Origin: the human T2T-CHM13v2.0 reference genome, Homo sapiens
NCBI RefSeq assembly: GCF_009914755.1
Contig: NC_060942.1
Reading direction: 5' to 3' (one strand)
DNA length: 64,000 nt
The position numbers and the translations under genes were made by a program. How positions within the stretch are numbered: position 1 is the first letter of the stretch; each line of letters opens with the position of its first letter. The notes beneath the pieces were generated by a model. It did not search any database, was not told where the DNA came from, and saw nothing but the letters and a program-made list of their open reading frames with translations. Below are positions 28,131-42,859 of the stretch, in pieces.

Positions 28131-28779
28131 GGAAGGACTGTGATGTTTGAGGCTACCAATGAGACAGTTATTTTCTTTAGATGTTTTGTTATTTTCTCTT
28201 GATTCTATTGTTGAAGTTCTTGAATATAATCCCTTCTAAAGTGATGCCTTACTCAGCACTACTCAATGGCTGGCAGCAGCCATAACCATAAAGGCCAGAG
28301 TTGGGGAATTACAGAAGAACCCTTGATCAGGATGGGCAGAAGAAAGACAGCCCACCACAGAGATTCATTGACAATAGCCTCAAGCAACATGCAACAGATA
28401 GCTTAGAGAACTTGATAATTAGCAGCGACAAAAAGATTGATTTGTCATCAGAGACTGATTTGTGAGGAAAGGACACAGTCAATGTTCTTTTTGACACCCA
28501 TAGCTAAAGCCACCAGTCAAAGAGAGTCTTTGCATATGACAACATGGGGAAAAGGTCATCCTTTTAGTTTCTTCATGTATTTTAATAACAAATTCAGCAT
28601 CAGCACCCCCACCACTAGAGTGTAAGCTCTTTGAAAGGCTGAACCATTTGATCTTCAGCACCAAACATAATATCTAGCACCCAATAGCCATTTAAATATA
28701 TTGGCTTGATATTTGAGTGGGAAAAATAATAATATACTCACAGCCAATGAACCACAACTAACCCAAGATGGCCTATGGC

Positions 28780-29320
28780 CTCTAGGCTTTGGCACCAGAA
28801 AGGCCTCGGTTGAAATCTAGACTCTGCCACTTCCTGGATGTGCAACTGGAGAAATGACTGAACCATTCTAGACCTCAATTTTCTTACTTATTAAAAAAGG
28901 GGGTAATTGCAGTATATATTTCATGGACATATTTTGAAGGTGCAATTATGAAGAAATGATTGAGAACATGGACTTTGGAACAGACTGCATGGAATTGAAT
29001 TCTTGCTCTGTCTCTTAATCAGACATATATAGGCCCAGGCAAATTATTTAACATTGCCATGGCTCAGTTTCCTTCTCTGTAAAACAGTGAAAATTATAAT
29101 ACCTACCTCATGGTTGTTGTGTTTGTTTTGGAGAAGCAATACCTCATGGGGTTTACGAGGAGTAAGCTAATGAATACAAAATGCATAGAAATATGTCTGG
29201 CACATAGTAAGTTCTATGTAAGTGTTCACTATGATAGTTAAGTCACAGGATGCTTTTAAAGCTCATGGCACAGTGCCCTGCACGCTGTAAATGCTCAATA
29301 AATTGTTGTAACTGCATATT
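28780..29320 (+). mobile_element. MIR inserted within a MIR
   Basis: Outer MIR 5' part ~28780-28945, complete inner MIR ~28950-29240, outer MIR tail gcacagtgccctgcac...gctcaataaa. Confidence 0.7.
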
Positions 29321-29827
29321 TTACTCATAATAATTAACATTAGCTGAAAGGAGGGGGTTGTCTAATGTGAAACGAGAATGAATTGCAAATTGCTATACTG
29401 TTGCAACTTTAATAAAACTATTATCTATTTCCTGGGAGTGACACTGTAAATTAAACTATTCGCTCATCAAGTGGCTGTTTCCTGGGATTTTTCAAGTTTC
29501 TTTTAACATCCACCATTTCTTCTGGCTAATGTCACATGTTGACTTGTTAGAGATGATCATTTTAGTGATGATCAGTGTTGAACCTTAGACGCAGCACAAA
29601 TACCCTCTATATTTTATGAGTCATATCTCTGAGACTTTAGCAATACTTATCTGGGGGACTCTTCCTTAAAGGCATACATTCTTATTTTATTGTGCCCATT
29701 TTTCTCAAAAGCAATTTTAGACTGCAAAGCCAATGCATGCAGAGGTATTGCAGAATTAGAGTGGTATGGCACATTTGGACCCTGCAGAGAAGCCTGTAGG
29801 ACCAGAACTTTGTCTCTTCTTTTATAG

Positions 29828-30290
29828 GAAGAAGCAGTTTACCAGGTTCTTATTCTTATTCTCAATGGACCAGCTGGGCCAGGGCCGGTTTTCAATGCAG
29901 ACTCTCTCTTTTGCTCTTGCTGTGTATCGGAAGGATTCCCCCCTGGTTGCTTGTCAGGTGCAGGCTCTTGGCAACCTGGAGCCAAGCTCAGTGGAAGCGC
30001 ATGTTTCCAGCCACGGCATCGCCATTGACAGGAAGGGCTGGCATGTATCACTTTTCAGCATCCAACCAGGTGATTGCTTCCCCAAAGGTGGGAACAGGTG
30101 CTTCTCCAATCTCTCAACTGTGCCTCGTTTCCTCCAGTCAGGCTGTTTGGTGGGCTGCCCTTTAGTAAAATCCACTTAGATGGCACCTGGCCGGCATTTT
30201 ATTTCACCTATGTGAGCTGGTCTTTGCATTGTAGAATATGTCACCAATCACGCCACTTTCTTGGAATAAACAAACAAACGTTTCACTTAA
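29828..30290 (+). other. Candidate terminal exon with a 104-aa ORF (29865-30179)
   Basis: Acceptor tttgtctcttcttttatag|G, in-frame ATG at 29865, AATAAA at 30265; no protein homology recognised. Confidence 0.25.
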
Positions 30291-30841
30291 ACTAGCCCAT
30301 GTTATAGAAAGTCCATCATCATTAGAGGATTTTTTGTAAAAAAAAAAAAAAAAAAAAAAGAATCGTGCTCAAAAATGCAATTTCTTTGGGGAGGGGAAGT
30401 ATTTTAAAAGTCATTGCCAGCCATGGAGAACTTAATGTGAATTAACTATCAGGGTTAAGAGTGTGGGCTCTGGAGCCAGACCATCAAGATGTGGCCCTTC
30501 CTACCTATGTATTTGTTGAAGAAATGCCCAAGGGGACACCTGCTTCAGGAAGAACAGTGGGCTCTTGTTCAGCTTCCATTATTCTGCAGATACTCAGAAG
30601 CCAAATTTCCCCAGGATCATAAAACAGCACTGCCTTCATCCTGACTGCAGTCTGTACTGGCTTCTTGAATGAGGGGTCATCGAACAAGAGGGACGCACAT
30701 GGGCCTTGCTCAAGGGGTAGTCAGAAGGGTTTACTTGATAAGCTCACCCTCTAGAAATCCAAACAGGGAGAGGCTAAGATCCTTAGCCTATAAGAGTTTT
30801 AGGAGAGAGAATGTGAGCGTTAACATTCTCTCCTTAAACAG

Positions 30842-31109
30842 GAGACTTTTATAATGGCCCCACAGGGTGACTGTTTGATTTGCCTGTTTGTTTCTGCTGG
30901 GTGGTTTGGAGAAGAGCTTTTCAAATGTAGGGGCCTTGTGCTGGTTTTTAGGGTTTGTAAGGCAGAGGGCTCCTGGGAAGACTGTGTTCCACTCTGCCAT
31001 CCAGCTCTCGTGGAGGATAGCCCCAGGGACAGAGCACGGAGGCAACAGTCAAGCAAAGAGGAAGGTTGGTGTAGAGACAGGAGAAGGCTTAAGTTCCACA
31101 GCAAGAAAG
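30842..31109 (+). other. Candidate exon (268 nt) with an ORF open across the donor
   Basis: ttaac branch-like motif, cattctctccttaaacag| acceptor, AAG|gtgagt donor, ataATGg at 30854. Confidence 0.35.
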
Positions 31110-31284
31110 GTGAGTTCAAGCTGGACCCCATAGCATAGGTTGGCACCCTGATTGTCACTTGCTTCTTCCTTTAGCTCCATGTTAGCGTTCAATTTGCCTA
31201 AGGATCAATCATTCTTAGCTGCCCAAGAGAGGAACTCATTGTTTCTTCAAGGAAATTCAGTAGACATAAAGAATATATATCTCT

Positions 31285-31350
31285 ATGCACATACACATAT
31301 GCACACATATATACACACATACATATATATATATATGAATACACATATTT
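31285..31350. repeat. (CA/TA)n low-complexity repeat
   Basis: gcacatacacatatgcacacatatatacacac. Confidence 0.8.
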
Positions 31351-31919
31351 ATTTATAAAAAATACGTGTCATTGACAGAAGCCCTTTTATTTCCCAGGAA
31401 AATTGTATTTTAAAAGATTATTAGGTAATAAGAAGCCAGACTCATGGGTCTGGCTCTAGCTTGAGACATTTCAGGCATTAAAGCCTTAAGGAGGAACTAT
31501 TTTATTTGCAGAGAAATTGCAAAAGAAGAGGGAAAAATATGAGTCTGTTTGGATGAATCCATTCTCTAGGAAGATAAAACGCAGACCAATACAAAGCTGT
31601 TGTGTTGAGCTGATCCCCTCTGCCAATTGATGTACATTGTTGTGGCCTTCCTAAGACCCTTCAAACAGCACCACAGAGGCTGCTGTCTCTTTTATCTGAA
31701 AGGCCAGCCTTGTGTGCAGCCGGCTGACCATGAAAAACTAAACATCCTTGACAGACAGTAAATTCCATTAAGGCAGGAACTATACCCATCCTTGAGCATA
31801 AATTCCAAATGTTTAGTTCAGAGCTCTGTGCCTCATGGTCACTTAATAAATATTTGCTGAGTTGTTGACATACTACTAGGAAGAGATGTGTCCATGAAAA
31901 TAAGCATGCACAGCATTTA

Positions 31920-32190
31920 TCTATGTAACCTTGGGCCCATTCATGAGCTTTTTGGATTACTGTTTCCTCATCTGTAAATAATATGGTGCTTAACATTTAT
32001 TAGGTTCCAAACCTGTGCGAGGCATTGAGCTAAGCATTTTATAGTCATGATCTCATTGAATCCTTAAAACATACCTATAGAGTATAAACTATTATTATTT
32101 TACAGATGAGAAGACTCCAGCATAAAGAAACTCCAGGTCATTGAGTGGGTAATTAGTAGAGTGATGAGATGAAGGCAGGAGTCTGGCTCA
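31920..32190. mobile_element. Two adjacent MIRs in opposite orientation
   Basis: tttcctcatctgtaaa (+) followed by ttttacagatgagaagact (-). Confidence 0.7.
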
Positions 32191-33059
32191 TGAGTTCATG
32201 ATTTACCTGATACACTGCAACAGGGATAGCAAGGCCTCCTGTAACTAATTTTTTTATGTACCCAGTCAACATATTTCTGGGAAGTGCCTTCTTGGCTCCA
32301 GGGTTCCCCAGAGGCGTGAGGTGAATTCAGCAAGAGAAGGAGGGCAAAGGTTCTTGGGTTAGGAATGCTCTTGGCTGCAAGTAACAGAACATCTAACTGA
32401 CTATGCCTAGCGGGCAGTAGGCTTTCCAGAAATGGTGGTCCTGCTGCTGCATCTTTGGGCATTAACCACCCTGAGAATCTTTGGCTGTCTGAACTGCACT
32501 TTCTTAGGCCTTTTCAGGGGCGGCAGCAATAGTGGTGAAAAGCAAGAAGTATGAGTCTCCTAGCTTTGGCGTGTGCTTTGAATCCTTGCTGAATCCACCA
32601 AGGCTGACCAGGTAAAGTCTTTTCTTCCCTCCCACCCTCATGAGAAATGCCTCCCTGTGGGTGGAAAACACAGACATCCTCTGAATGGTGAAGTCAGAGG
32701 AGCCCTGGCTCTTCTAATAATAACTTTTCATTTCCTGAAATGCCTGCAGCCCATTTCTGTGAAACCAGGCCAGGAGTAACTAACTAGAAGAGCAATGATT
32801 TGAGATTTTTTAAATTACTATTGGTGAAACCTCCTGATGGTTCCCTTCATTATTTAAAATTAATTTTTTTCAGGTTACCATGCAAAATAGGGACTGTGGT
32901 GATTGAATATTTGGCTGCTTGTAAGGACCTATGTTTTTCACTATTGCCTCTATTGTGTTCTATTGGGCTATATTCTGAAAGGAGGTTAAAATATCTCTGC
33001 TAGCCACCCCTTATACCCCATTTTTATGGCCAGTGATAATGTTCTCATTGAAGCCTCCA

Positions 33060-33660
33060 TCACCCCATGGGCATCACAATAGCCTCCCACCTTATCTCTC
33101 CCCCTTTAATCTATTCTGCTCCCTACCACCGAATTAGTCTTTCTAAAATGCTGCTTTCCTTATGTCATTGCTTTGCTTATAAAACTTTGTGGCTCCTCTC
33201 TTCTTGATGAATAAACCCTAGACTGTTCAGCCAGGCATTCTGATCCTCCACTCTCAGTCCCTTCTTTCCCCCTCATTCCCCAGTGAGAGCTCATTCCTCC
33301 CACTAAGCAGATCCTCTGCCCTGAATACACCGTGCGTAGTTCTATTTTTGCTCCTCTGCACATCTCTTCACTTGGAGTTCTTTTCCCTTCCTCTCCCGCT
33401 CTCCTATTCAACCTATGGTTGAAAACTCTCTTCAACAGTGTAGAACTGTAGACTACTCTGGCCAGTCTTGATCTTCTTCAGCAATCTCTCTTTCTTACTC
33501 ACAGATATTCTATAGTCCTTCTTGTCCTGGGACATTTTCATGGCCAGTGATGATTTAACATATGCTGAATGAACTTATTACTTGTATCTCCTGGACTACA
33601 CTATATAATTTTCCCTGTTTCTTGTCCCCAGATTAATTGATGATGCTTGTCATAGTATTG
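33060..33660 (+). mobile_element. L2 LINE fragment
   Basis: caatagcctcc...tctttctaaaatg...atgtcattgctttgcttataaaactttgtggctcc...ccaggcattc. Confidence 0.7.
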
Positions 33661-33696
33661 TGAGTAACTACAGAGATAGTTTTTGAGTTAGACACA

Positions 33697-34245
33697 CGAT
33701 GGCAGACATTATTAATTGCCTATTCAGTCCCCTTCCTTACTGATGGAGTCTGACTTTATTCAGTGTAGCAGCATGCCCCACCTGGGTGGTTTAATCTCAA
33801 GCAAAAGCTAATTGCAATACTCATAAGTATTTCCTAGCTTCTTTTGCAGCTAGGAGTGGCCACACAACGTTGTAATGGTAAGTATGCTAAAGGTCTCTGG
33901 GAAGGGCTTTGTTTCCTGATAAAGGGCACAGTGTTTGAGGAGAATGTTATTGATGCTGAATATTTCACTCTACCTGCTTTGGTTGTGATTTGGATGTTTG
34001 GGGCCTATGCTAATCATTTTGCAACTATGAGGCAATGAGGCTGAGAATGAAAATTCAACACACTGCTCATGGTAAACAGAGAAACAGGAAAAACCTAGGT
34101 GCTCAGAGTCTTTGTTGAACCACTATGTCAACATGCAACCACCTCTCAATTTCCTGCATGTGAGATAATTAAGTGTCTTTAATACTTAAGCCATTGTTAG
34201 ATAGATATTCTATTACTTGCAGCTGAAAGCATTCCTAACTTGTAC
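33697..34245 (+). mobile_element. MLT1J/K-like MaLR LTR
   Basis: ttgcagctaggagtggccac...ttacttgcagctgaaagcattcctaact 3' end. Confidence 0.75.
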
Positions 34246-35209
34246 TACCAACTTAATATTTCTAGAGCCTTGAAGAATGCATGAACATTATAAATCTAAT
34301 CAAATGCTTTGAACCCACACAGGAGAAGATACTGTGATATTTTATAAAAAGTAATCTTCAAGAAATTAACATCATATGCATATACATCTAGGTATACTCT
34401 ATTGGCAATGTAAATAAGCCTTTTCAATGACAATCTTAAAAATATTAAATCATAACCATAAGAATCTATTAGGTAATAGGTTAGCTGAGCAAGGGGAAAC
34501 AAACAGTGTAGTAGAATGAATGCATTTAAAAAAAATTTTGAACTCACTTTTTTAAACACCAAATTCTTAGCTCTAAAAAAACTCACTAATACTTACACAT
34601 TAATTTATTTTACTATTTGTTAGGGAAACCAGCATTCCCTTGGTCTCATGTTTTTTCAGAGGGCTTCTGCCAAAATAACACTTCTGGCCTTTCTTTATGC
34701 CCTTAATCATTTACTTTCATGGAAAGAGTGAGTTACCTGATAGATATGTTTGGAAAAAAAATTCTGGGCATACTCCATCCACCATATCTCTTGGCCTCTC
34801 TGTTTCTGGTGGGGCAATTTGATGACTGGATATGAACATCTCTGCCAATCCACACAGTAAAAAGTTTCATGAGTCTTGATCTGCTTCTCCATAGGTGAGG
34901 CCAGCAGTTTGAATGGACAAGTTCAAATCCAAGGGGATGTATTAGGAAACCCAGTTGTGGCCATTAGTCAAGCATTACTCGCTGATTTAGCTTTATTAGT
35001 AATTAAGTTGATATTTTGATCTCCATCAATTTCTATCCTGTGTCGACTTTGCAACTGTTTCCAAACATAGGAAGGGAAAAGAAATTTATTATTAATTGGT
35101 GACCTGGAATGCCAACCTAGAGCCACAAGTGTTGTATTCTTCTAGGATGTTTCTTACTTATCAGAGAAGTCTATCTTCTCATTTTGGAATAATAATATTA
35201 CTTTATCTG

Positions 35210-37460
<2,251 letters not shown>

Positions 37461-37611
37461 AAGCATAGCTACTTTTTAAATGTATGTCTAAAAACTCTAT
37501 TGCCTACAGGTTTGTTTATATTGCCTTTAAGATAAAATCTTGGTTGTTGGTCAAGTCTTGTCTCCTCATATGCCTAGTATTTTTGGTTGTGTGTCCAGTT
37601 GTTTTTTATTT

Positions 37612-37900
37612 TAACAATGAACATTTATTATCTCACAGTTTCTGTTAGGAGCAGAGTTGAAGTGCAGTTTAGCTGGATGGTTCTTGTTAGGCTCTCCCTT
37701 GGGCTTGGACTCCGGTATCAGCCCGAATTTCACCACCTGAAGGCTTGACTGAAGCTGCAGGAGTTAGTTCACTCCTCTGGCCATTGGTAGAAGGCCAAGG
37801 CCTCAGTTTCTCCGTACATGGATTCTCCATAGGGCTTGCAATTTCTCTGACATGCAGCTGACTTCCCCAGTATGCGTGATGTAACAGAGCAAGAGAGAAG
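37612..37900 (-). mobile_element. MLT1F-H-like LTR fragment
   Basis: catttattatctcacagtttctg...gaaggcttgactg...gcagctgacttcccca. Confidence 0.7.
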
Positions 37901-38217
37901 TGAGCGCTCAGTTACTTTTGATTAAATGTTTGCCATTGCTACTGGCAGGTGCTGGGTTGAGGGGCTAGCAAGTCCCAGGAATTGAGAGATAAGAAACTTT
38001 GGTCCCTGTGAGGGCTCCTATATTTCCAGTTCACTTTTCCTTCTTTGGTGTGGTCTTGGGGTCCCAACTAATATCCTGGGGTGTTTTCCAGGACACCTCC
38101 TTCTCGACAGAGCTTGAACCCCTATTTCAGACTCCCCAGAGCCTCAAGACTATCAAAATCCCTGCCCAGCTTCTCAGGGTCTCAGCTGTGCCTTCAGAAT
38201 TTCAGGTGCCTGTAGCT

Positions 38218-38397
38218 TGCTGATCTCAAACCTTAGGGTCATCACAATCCACTCAAGGGTTTGTTAAAGCATAGCTTGCTGGGTCTCGCCCAGAGGTTCT
38301 GATTCAGTAGATCTGGGGTGGAACCTGAGGCTCTGCATTTCTAACAAGTTCCCAGGTGCTGCTGCCTGCTTTGTGTCCACTTTCTGAGAACTACTGT
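38218..38397. mobile_element. MER5A DNA transposon
   Basis: ttctgattcagtagatctggggtgg...ctgcatttctaacaagttcccaggtg. Confidence 0.88.
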
Positions 38398-38625
38398 CCC
38401 GGGGAAAAAGCAGTCTTAAGTGGGCTTCCCTCTTCTCTGGGATCTTGGCAGTGTGATTTCTCACTGCCTTGGTGACTTTCTAATGTCCTCAACCCAGTGT
38501 TTCTTTTCATATATTATCGTGTGGTCAGAGAGAGTTGATTTGAACCACCTACTTTGCTGTTGCCAGAAGAAAAACTTCCAAACTAATAATGATAGCTAAT
38601 ACTTAGTGAGAAGGTATTCCATGTC

Positions 38626-39053
38626 AGACTGTGGCTGGTGTGGCTGGCATGGCTGTTGAGTTGCATAACTCCAGGGGGCATTATTCAGACTGTGTTCATT
38701 TATTTATTTTTGAGACGGGGTCTCACTCCAACACCCAGGCTGGAGCACAGTGGTGTGATCATGGCTCACTGCAGCCTCAATCTCTTGGCCTCAAGCGATC
38801 CTCTTACCTCTAGCCTCCTGAGTAGCTGGTACTACAGGCACAGGCCACCACACTGGCTAATTTTTTTATTTATTTATTTTTTTTTTTGTAGAGATGGGGT
38901 TTCATAATGTTGCTCAAACTCCTGGGCTCAATTGATCCACCTGCTTTAGCCTCCCAAAGTACTGGGATTACAGGCGTGAGCCACCCTGCCCAGTCAACTT
39001 TGTGTGTGGTATGAATGTGCAGCTGCCTGGAGTTGTGTGGAGCAGTAGCCCTG
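38626..39053. mobile_element. MER91-like hAT-Tip100 MITE split by an AluJ
   Basis: Palindromic halves aactccagggggca / cctggagttgtg...agccctg. Confidence 0.65.
38698..38995 (-). mobile_element. AluJ
   Basis: catggctcactgcagcctc, ctcaagcgatcctc, cctgggctcaa. Confidence 0.93.
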
Positions 39054-39811
39054 TGGAGCTGGGCACTGTGTAGTGATCTTTATATGTGTTGTCTCATTCA
39101 CTCTTACAAAATTCCTATTGATATGATTGTCCTTATTTATAGATGAGGAAATAGAAACAACACATAACTTTCCTAAGGTGACAGGGTTTGTACATGACAG
39201 CACTTAGAGGTAAACCAGGTTTGTCTCATTACTAGGACTCTCTTGATTTGTGGAAACAAAGTTTGCATTAAGCCTTTGACCTTCCCAGATTCCCTATCTG
39301 TAAAATGGGCACAATAGTATTTATTCTCAACCTCATAGTCTGGGTAGAATGACTTAACAAAGCAGTGGACTTAAACTCTTGAGAGTTTTTTGGGATAAGA
39401 TAATTAGCTTGCATTATCACAGTTCTGTTCAGGAAAGTGGTTTTCTTACGAAGGTATAAACACCCCCAGTTGTTAAGCAAGCAAATGAAGACAATCAATG
39501 GAGCAGAGCTAAGGCCAAGGCAGGTGTTTCAAATAGCACTGCAGAGTGACAGTAAGTGGCATCCACCTTTCCAATGGTACCATGCTTTAAAAAGCAACAG
39601 CTTTAAAAAGTAACAGCTTCATCTATTGAGTCGTGTAAGACCAAGTTTCTCCTCTACTAGTTTTTCTCTTTCCCTTAAGGAAATCAGGTATTCATGTCTT
39701 CTTTCATTTACTCTCTTCCCTCAGTGACTAACTACAAAAGTGTTAATTTAAAAAGTTAGGATTTTGAGGGCTTCTAGACCCTTTAGGCATTAATATTGCA
39801 ACCTAAAACTG

Positions 39812-40065
39812 TTTACCTAGAGGTCACAGGTTCAAGTCCAGGCTGGGTCAGTAGTGACTGAAAGTCTAATGACTGGTCATCTGTTGGCTATTTTATGGTT
39901 TATGTGAAATGAAGCGATGGTCTCAGCTCACTGGCCAGTCCACATCAGAACAGGCATTGCCAGACATTGGTTGGCATTTTCAGCACAGAGGCCAAGAATT
40001 CAACTGGAAGCTTTATCCCTGAGGTTGCCTTCTGTAGAACATAGGCATGGGGCAAGGGAGGAAGG
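39812..40065 (+). mobile_element. LF-SINE (LFSINE_Vert) ancient SINE copy
   Basis: Collinear blocks matching the remembered LF-SINE consensus: aggtcacaggttcaagtccaggctgggtcagtagtgactgaaagtc, catctgttggct...tatgtgaaatga...tggtctcag, gtccacatca, gttggcattttcagcacagaggccaagaatt. Confidence 0.85.
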
Positions 40066-40789
40066 TCACAGTCAATTGGGAAAGAAGAGAGCCATTGTCT
40101 TATCTTTCTACCTTCTTGACAAAAAGAAGATACCTCTTTTCAGACCCATGAAAGAAGTTGACTTCCTGATTTGTCATTCACTTTTGCAATTTCACTCAGC
40201 AGAAGAGAAAAGACGATTTCCAGCAGTAAACGATGCAGGCAGTGTCATGCAGAGGAAACCACTGTTGTTTTCTGGGCTAAAGAGAGCCAGACCGGAGAAC
40301 AGACAGGAAGGGGAGCAGGACAGAGGAGAATGGGCATGATTATATGTAAAGGTAGAGGCCTCTGTTTCTTCTTCGTACACATAAGCAATCATGTGAGCCT
40401 GGAAGACCCAGAGAAGCAAGTGGTAGAATGGCCTGTGCTTTCTCTTTTGCCTATTTCCCTCCCAGCTTGTTCCATGCTCCCTGCAGAAAGGCAGGATCTC
40501 AGACCCACTTCTCTTGTTATCTCTCATGGGGTCAGTGTCAAGGACAGACGTGAACACTGTCAATGCCCCAACTACTACCCACCACTGAGGTGTGTCTAGG
40601 CATCTCTGGATCTAGGCATTTCCCGACTTGTTTTGACTCAGGAAACAGACAAAATCATTTTATTTTTTCCCTAAAAGGGGGAAGTTGAATTTTAAGAATT
40701 TTTTTTTCAGTTGCTCCCATTGTCCTTATTACTAAAGTCCTTGCCTGAATCCAAGGGCCTTCCCTGACTTTTGTCTGAGGCTTGAATCT

Positions 40790-41330
40790 TTATGACACTG
40801 TCAATAGAATGGAATATGGTGAGATGCAAATTGCAGTGGATCAAGATGTGAATGAAGTTGAGAAGGTTGAAGCAAAGAGTATGGACTCTTCTTTCCTGAA
40901 ATCTGGTGGTGGTGAAAGAGACAGATAGAGCCTGGGCAGGGAGTTTGCAGGGAACTTTGTTAGAATGAAGAAGGAATTTTGCATGCATCTGTAGTCTGAG
41001 AAGATGAAGATCTTCTCAGATGAAGCAGGTGAAGAGAGGGAGAAGGAAAATGCACAGGGAGAAAGGGGGCAATAATTTCTAGACAAATGCCAGAGAAGGA
41101 ACAAAAGGAAAGGAGGAACTGTGTAGAAGAAGGAGATGGTCCTGAAGAAGAGACGATGAGGAGGGAAGAAAGGGTTCTGTTATGGATGCATTTCAGGCAT
41201 GGAGTGGCAAGTCACTGGGCTCTTCATCAATAATGAGCTCTATTTTGTTTGTGAGGTGGAAGGCAAGGCTCTTCATTGAGAGGTGGCTGGGAGCCTGAGG
41301 AATGTGCTAAAGATTTGTGGGAAAAGGGAA
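40790..41330 (-). mobile_element. L2 (L2c/d-like) fragment
   Basis: attgcagtggatcaagatgtgaatg...gagtatggactcttctttc antisense L2 pattern. Confidence 0.55.
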
Positions 41331-42357
41331 AGGAAGCCACGAGGGAACAGAAGTGAAGGGCTGCTGGCAGGGCTGGGCTCAGATGGATTTACATCCTCTA
41401 TCTGTATATTAGTGTTATCTTTAAAAGTCGTCTGCCATATCCTGGCTTTCAGTCATGCAGAGGATCACTGCTTTATATTACACAAGGAGGCTTGGCATGA
41501 GGAGAAAAAACAGACTGCAAAATGTCACCCAATCTAAACATGGAATGGGGAGAAAACCACAACAAATGGGGCTGTCAAAAAAGTTTTCAAAGAACTTTAC
41601 AAAAAAAAACCTTTTCTTTTATTTAAGTCAAAACAGCAAGGAAAATAATATTCTGGTGTTCAAGCTCTATTCTCTCTGTTGGGGGTGACGCTTGAAGAAA
41701 AAGAAAAGTGTATTCTGCGGTTAGTGATATTTTAATTGGTCACAATATGAAGTAAAAGTTCAAAACTAAATACTAGAAATATGTCCCCTCTGGAACATTC
41801 AATTAAAATCTGTGGGGGGAAAAAGCCTCAAAATGACAGCCAGAGAATAACAACAATAACAAAAGTTATTGTAAACCAAGACTTCAAGCAGCCAGATGAC
41901 ACTGAGTTGAGTCAAGTATGTGTGTGTGTGTGTTTGGAGGTTTATCTCGGCCACTCCTAGGTGAAGGTTCAGCCCCAGACTCAGCTTACCCCCCTTGCAA
42001 GGGTGTTTTGCTCTGAGCAATATTGCGATATGGGCAGGATTCACCTGAGGCCTCTGCAGTCCCACCTTTCCACACTGCAGTTCTTGCTTCCAATCCTTGT
42101 GAATAGCCAGTGTCCTGAGGACCTGACTCATAAAGGGTTTGAAATGCCTCCACACTGAGGCGAAAATAACTGAGGATAGAAAAGACCTCGGAGTATTAAC
42201 GTTTTAATAGGGCAGGTCTTAGGCAAAATAAATGTTACTGACCTCTGCAATTGCATCACATGGATAGGAGCCTACTCTTCTTATTCACAAAAGCCATCTT
42301 GAGACTATCCCATGTTCCTGCCGGCAAGAAGCCTAAGTGAGATAGCTCATGAAATTA

Positions 42358-42585
<228 letters not shown>

Positions 42586-42859
42586 TTACTGTATTGATTA
42601 AGATAATGTCAAAATCATCATAACAAAAACTAAGGGTTACTATAGACAAAATGTTCTTTGAGCTCTTTAGCATTCCATTTGGAAATTTAACATGTCATTT
42701 GACAACTTTATTTTTTGTGGGGTTCTTTTTACCTCAAAGGAGAAAATTCATGTCTTACAGGCAGGGCACACATGTGTGTACATGCATGCACATCTGTGCC
42801 TATAGGTTTGGCAAAATCTTTCTGTAGCAAACATACCACAAGAAGTCCCTGTGCAGAGT

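Larger units (their letters stand above)
38580..39240 (-). mobile_element. MIR interrupted by MER91 and AluJ
   Basis: aataatgatagctaatactt...[inserts]...gggcactgtg...tagatgaggaaatagaaac. Confidence 0.65.

Noticed and set aside
30172-30186. CTCF-like ccacttagatggca
   Set aside because: An extra base breaks the core spacing
39584-39619. 16-bp tandem duplication ctttaaaaag(c/t)aacag
   Set aside because: Ordinary slippage duplication; no spacer array or CRISPR-like structure here or elsewhere in the window
39917-40599. Overlapping 140- and 142-aa ORFs next to the LF-SINE
   Set aside because: No recognisable homology; the first begins inside the SINE, and no convincing splice pair was found
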